From the IMG/VR virus record IMGVR_UViG_3300046786_000187, positions 1 through 28,972 of that record: 28,972 bases of DNA. One strand, written 5' to 3'. The stretch comes from a virus. Taxonomy: Duplodnaviria; Caudoviricetes. Of this stretch, positions 25,730 to 28,972 are shown piece after piece. Below the pieces are notes generated by a model that had not been told where the DNA came from, did no database searches, and was given only the letters and a program-made list of their open reading frames with translations. The stretch's first letter is position 1, and every line of letters starts with the position of its first letter. The translations under genes and the position numbers were made by a program.

Positions 25730-25971
25730 GCAAAGCAACATTAACCTTTGACCTTTCAGATTCAGACGATCGTATTGAGTTTAACCGCGCAACAAAGGCA
25801 CTCGATATGGCAATGGCTTTATGGGAAATTGAAATGAACGGATACAGGAAGTTTACGAAGTACAACGACCGACAAGATGACGCATATCAAGAAGGAATCG
25901 AAGAAGTATTTGAATACATTAGTGGATTACTTAAAGATTATAACATCAACGTTGAACAATTGATTGTTTGA
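25726..25971 (+). CDS. hypothetical protein
   Basis: 81 aa, ATGA-coupled to terS. Confidence 0.75.
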   Translation: MSKATLTFDLSDSDDRIEFNRATKALDMAMALWEIEMNGYRKFTKYNDRQDDAYQEGIEEVFEYISGLLKDYNINVEQLIV

Positions 25972-25972
25972 T

Positions 25973-26014
25973 GTGGAAAATAATCTACAAAAAGAGCGTT
26001 TTAGTGGAAAATAA
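25973..26014. repeat. 11-bp direct repeat GTGGAAAATAA x2
   Basis: Copies at 25973-25983 and 26004-26014 in an AT-rich intergenic gap. Confidence 0.6.
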
Positions 26015-26061
26015 ACAACAGTCAAAAGATACATTTACTAAATAGAATAAAAAGTCAACTT

Positions 26062-26196
26062 ATGCCAATACCAATACCAACCTCAACAGAGCCAAAAGAC
26101 GAGTTTCTCGTTCGTTGTATGAGCGACGACAAAATGGTTTCTGAATATCCAGACACTAACCAACGCTATGCTGTTTGCATCGCAACCTATAAATAA
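26062..26196 (+). CDS. 44-aa peptide (not in ORF track)
   Basis: MPIPIPTSTEPKDEFLVRCMSDDKMVSEYPDTNQRYAVCIATYK*; recognisable MPIP...RCM...QR.A.C phage module. Confidence 0.75.
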   Translation: MPIPIPTSTEPKDEFLVRCMSDDKMVSEYPDTNQRYAVCIATYK

Positions 26197-26201
26197 AACA
26201 A

Positions 26202-26558
26202 ATGAACTACCTTGACAAAATAAGACGCAACCTAAACGCACAGGAGCGTATCTCGTTTGACTTCGACGGTACTCTTTCAACTCCACAAGGCAAATCACTT
26301 GCTAAACGTTTCATTTCAAAAGGTTATGTGGTGTACATCGTAACAGCAAGAACTCCTCGTTTGAGCAAAGCGGTTTACGACGTGGCTGATGAATTGGGTA
26401 TTTCACACAACCGCGTGAAGATGACAGGAAGCAACAGCGCAAAAATTGACTTCATTGTAAACAATCGCATACGCAAGCACTACGACAACAACCCCGACGT
26501 CGTGCAGGAATTGAAAGATAAAGGAATTGAGGCAACACTTGTAAATTACGAAAAATGA
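26202..26558 (+). CDS. minimal HAD-superfamily phosphatase
   Basis: Motif I SFDFDGTL, motif II IVTAR, a Lys, and motif IV HYDNN. Confidence 0.85.
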   Translation: MNYLDKIRRNLNAQERISFDFDGTLSTPQGKSLAKRFISKGYVVYIVTARTPRLSKAVYDVADELGISHNRVKMTGSNSAKIDFIVNNRIRKHYDNNPDVVQELKDKGIEATLVNYEK

Positions 26559-26710
26559 GCGACAACAAATTAAACTTCTTAAAGTCACAGATAGGAGCGT
26601 TTCATCCAGAGTGGACGAAGGAACAAATTGAGATGGAAGCAATCAGAATATACAACGAAGCGAATACTATTGACGATGATGACGAAGGTTGTTTGTATTG
26701 TGGATCATAA
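26555..26710 (+). CDS. 51-aa peptide with acidic CxxC C-terminus (not in ORF track)
   Basis: MSDNKLNFLKSQIGAFHPEWTKEQIEMEAIRIYNEANTIDDDDEGCLYCGS*; ATGA-coupled to the HAD gene. Confidence 0.75.
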   Translation: MSDNKLNFLKSQIGAFHPEWTKEQIEMEAIRIYNEANTIDDDDEGCLYCGS

Positions 26711-26714
26711 CATT

Positions 26715-26840
26715 GTACCTTCACTTCGAAAGAAGCGCCACGAAGAGTGCCTTGCAGATGGTCGCGACATTATTGCAAGTAGCTGTGTTAGGTAGTAACA
26801 GCAACCGCTAACACAACACACCAAGCTAAAGTCGGGTGTT
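26715..26840 (+). ncRNA. candidate structured RNA, four consecutive hairpins
   Basis: CTTC-GAAA-GAAG tetraloop (26724-26735); CTTGCA/TGCAAG (26751-26779); TGTGTTAG/CTAACACA (26784-26815); ACACC/GGTGT (26818-26839). Confidence 0.5.
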
Positions 26841-26858
26841 AAATTTGAATCACACAAA

Positions 26859-27443
26859 ATGAGTATAAGAGTTTCAATCCCTGCTGACTACGCGAGCATC
26901 TCGCTGAAGCAGTACAAAGAGTTCAAGACGGCAAAGTCAGACGCTGACAAGTTGGTTGCTATTTCCAACCTTTCAAAAGAAGACGTGCAGAAAGTACCAA
27001 TGCAACACGTTCCAACGTTACTCGCTGCGTTTGATGATACGTTGTTAAACGAGAGCGCAAAGTTCTTTGAGACGATAACGGTGAAAGATACAGACTTCGG
27101 GTTTATTCCTAACCTTTACGAAATCTCTTTGGGCGAATATGCAGATATCTCAACGTGGGCGGCTAACGTCGAAGAAAATATTGTGAAGATTATGTCTGTG
27201 CTTTATCGTCCCATTGTTAAGCGTGTAGCTTCGAAGTACTTAATAGAAGAATACAACAGCACTAAAAGAGCAATGAGCGAGGAACTTGTGGAGCAGATGA
27301 CGCTGGAACAATTTAATGGTGCGATGCTTTTTTTTTCGACTTTGCTCAACGAACTAAACAACACTTCGCTCGACTATTTGGAGATAGAGGTGAAGAAGTT
27401 GACGGAGGAATTGACGGAGCAATTGAAGATAGAGACAACTTAA
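26859..27443 (+). CDS. tail assembly chaperone (G-like)
   Basis: FGFIPNLYEISLGEYADI...IMSVLYRP...GAMLFF with an internal T9 slippery run. Confidence 0.7.
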   Translation: MSIRVSIPADYASISLKQYKEFKTAKSDADKLVAISNLSKEDVQKVPMQHVPTLLAAFDDTLLNESAKFFETITVKDTDFGFIPNLYEISLGEYADISTWAANVEENIVKIMSVLYRPIVKRVASKYLIEEYNSTKRAMSEELVEQMTLEQFNGAMLFFSTLLNELNNTSLDYLEIEVKKLTEELTEQLKIETT

Positions 27444-27619
27444 ACCAAGTCTTAGGACGTTATGGTTGGTATCACTTATTCATGGAAGCGTGTGGCAGAG
27501 ATATTACAAAACTTGACGCAATTACTGAAAAATCTGCGTGGAGTATATTTACATATATGACTTACCTAATAGACTACAACTATGTCGAACGTACAAAGCT
27601 ACAACGCTCTTATAGATAG
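26859..27619 (+). CDS. tail assembly chaperone -1 frameshift product (GT-like)
   Basis: T run 27328-27336; the -1 frame reads FDFAQRTKQHFARLFG...LGRYGWYHLF...KLQRSYR to TAG 27617-27619, covering a gap that has no ORF-track call. Confidence 0.75.
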
Positions 27620-28972
27620 ATTTAAAGCATTCGCTGCTGGGCATTTTATTTTAAAGAGATTTTCTCACGGACAGATTGAGGTATCAGACCTTGAGAAGTT
27701 TGGTGAATATCCATTCATGCACGTCATTCCTTCTAACGTGAGTTATTCACAAGGAATGAAGACATTCAGCTTTCAGATTGTCCTTGCTGACCTTCCACGC
27801 GACAAAGAAGATAAGTCAGAATACCAACGAGAAGTTCTTTCTGACCTTCAACGCATAGCTGAAGATTTGATAGCTGAGATTACAAACCACAGAGTTCTTT
27901 TTGGTGACTTAATCACAGTTCAAAACGTAAGTCTTGAACCATTTCTTGAAGAATTTCAACACACGCTTACCGGTTGGACGATTAGTTTAGACCTTCTCGT
28001 TCCTTACTATTGGGATGCGTGCAGTATTCCTGCTGAATGGAACGATATGTTTGAATCTTCAACAGGTGGCACAGGATCAATCTTGACGTTCACGGATTCG
28101 ATAACAAGAGACGAGAATGGGTTTGTTCGCCTTGTGAATGACGAGGCTAATCCTGCTCCACATTACTACTACGGAACGAATGACGAAGGGGTGCGTGGTT
28201 GGTATTTGTTGACAGACGAAGTAGGTCTTACTTGCGTAACGCTTCCAACGTGTCAAACAATAATAGACATAGAAGCAGCCATTGACGACTTGCAAGCAGA
28301 TATGTTGTTGAAGGCGAATACTGCTGACATAAGTGCGGTTGGTTTCTCGAACGATTACAACGATTTAGACAACAAGCCTACTATTCCTGCTGCTCAGATT
28401 CAGAGTGATTGGACACAAACAAATAACACAGCGTTAGACTTCATTAAGAACAAGCCTACAATCCCTGCAAGTGGATTACCAGCAGGTGGAACAGCAGGGC
28501 AAATCTTAACGAAGGTAGACGCTACCGATTATAACGCTACATGGCAAGAGAACTTCGCAGACTGGACATCTGTTGTAAAACACACCGTTAAAAACAACGG
28601 GTTAAGCGGTACAATTACTAAGGGTACTGCTGTCTATGTTACAGGCAGCAATGGCACTAATATGTTAGTGGGTAGAGCGAGTAACACAAGCGAAGCTACA
28701 AGCAGCAAAACAATGGGTTTAATGCAGTCTGACATTACAACAACGGGCGGTAATCAAACAGGCTTTGTTATAACAGAAGGTTTACTTGAAGGACTGAATA
28801 CAGCAGGACAAACAGCGGGTGATCCTGTATGGCTTGGAGTGAATGGCGCATTGATTTACGGACTTGCAAATAAACCATACGCACCTGCGCATCTTGTTTT
28901 TATAGGTATAGTGACAAAGGTAAGCGCAGGAAATGGGGAGATATTCGTAAAGGTGCAGAATGGTTTTGAGCT
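27582..28972 (+). CDS. tail terminator-like domain fused to fibre/decoration domains (partial, runs off the end; not in ORF track)
   Basis: Open from ATG 27582 to the edge: MSNVQSYNALID...YPFMHV...EPFLEEF...TGW...DACSIP, then NKPTIPA x2, GGTAGQILTK and ITKGTAVYV...HLVFIG. Confidence 0.75.
   Translation, partial: MSNVQSYNALIDRFKAFAAGHFILKRFSHGQIEVSDLEKFGEYPFMHVIPSNVSYSQGMKTFSFQIVLADLPRDKEDKSEYQREVLSDLQRIAEDLIAEITNHRVLFGDLITVQNVSLEPFLEEFQHTLTGWTISLDLLVPYYWDACSIPAEWNDMFESSTGGTGSILTFTDSITRDENGFVRLVNDEANPAPHYYYGTNDEGVRGWYLLTDEVGLTCVTLPTCQTIIDIEAAIDDLQADMLLKANTADISAVGFSNDYNDLDNKPTIPAAQIQSDWTQTNNTALDFIKNKPTIPASGLPAGGTAGQILTKVDATDYNATWQENFADWTSVVKHTVKNNGLSGTITKGTAVYVTGSNGTNMLVGRASNTSEATSSKTMGLMQSDITTTGGNQTGFVITEGLLEGLNTAGQTAGDPVWLGVNGALIYGLANKPYAPAHLVFIGIVTKVSAGNGEIFVKVQNGFE

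Noticed and set aside
26715-26815. Resemblance to c-di-GMP-I or fluoride riboswitches (UUCGAAAGA, GAUGG, AACCGCUAA)
   Set aside because: Only short fragments match; the required flanking motifs and pseudoknot are absent
1-28972. Circular closure or terminal repeats
   Set aside because: The ends share no overlap, and joining them truncates the fibre ORF within about 16 codons; sequence is missing between them
1-28972. CRISPR array, tRNA, integrase, reverse transcriptase/DGR, stop-codon recoding
   Set aside because: No repeat-spacer periodicity, cloverleaf or matching catalytic motifs seen; genes are intact under code 11 with all three stops used

Overview
A near-complete (~29 kb, both ends open inside the tail-fibre region) genome of a small tailed dsDNA phage, probably a siphovirus of a Bacteroidota host. 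Host evidence: several exact or near-exact TTG-N19-TAnnTT(T/A)G promoters and A-rich leaders without Shine-Dalgarno sites; the genetic code is standard. Plus strand 1-15410: tail proteins, tape measure, XkdF-type prohead protease, scaffold, major capsid, tail tube, portal with a fused C-terminal domain, head-tail adaptor and lysis genes. Minus strand 15382-22797: early/replication genes (SSB-like, HTH, stand-alone DnaA domain IV, replication-initiator C-domain and partner), followed unusually by terL. Plus strand 22843-28972: VRR-NUC nuclease, phage sigma factor, terS, HAD protein, tail assembly chaperone with a -1 frameshift, and a tail-terminator/fibre fusion. No integrase, polymerase, helicase, tRNA or CRISPR array was seen. 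The most striking unexplained element is a minus-strand cassette at 24153-24858: a perfect promoter, a leader with mutually exclusive terminator and antiterminator folds, about 360 nt of ORF-free structured sequence, and a 75-aa gene, all facing the late sigma gene. Other leads: a four-hairpin element at 26715-26840, a 51-aa peptide ending like a ribonucleotide reductase CxxC tail, and an A10 slip site at the portal domain boundary. Family assignments come from motif recognition only; no database search was run.
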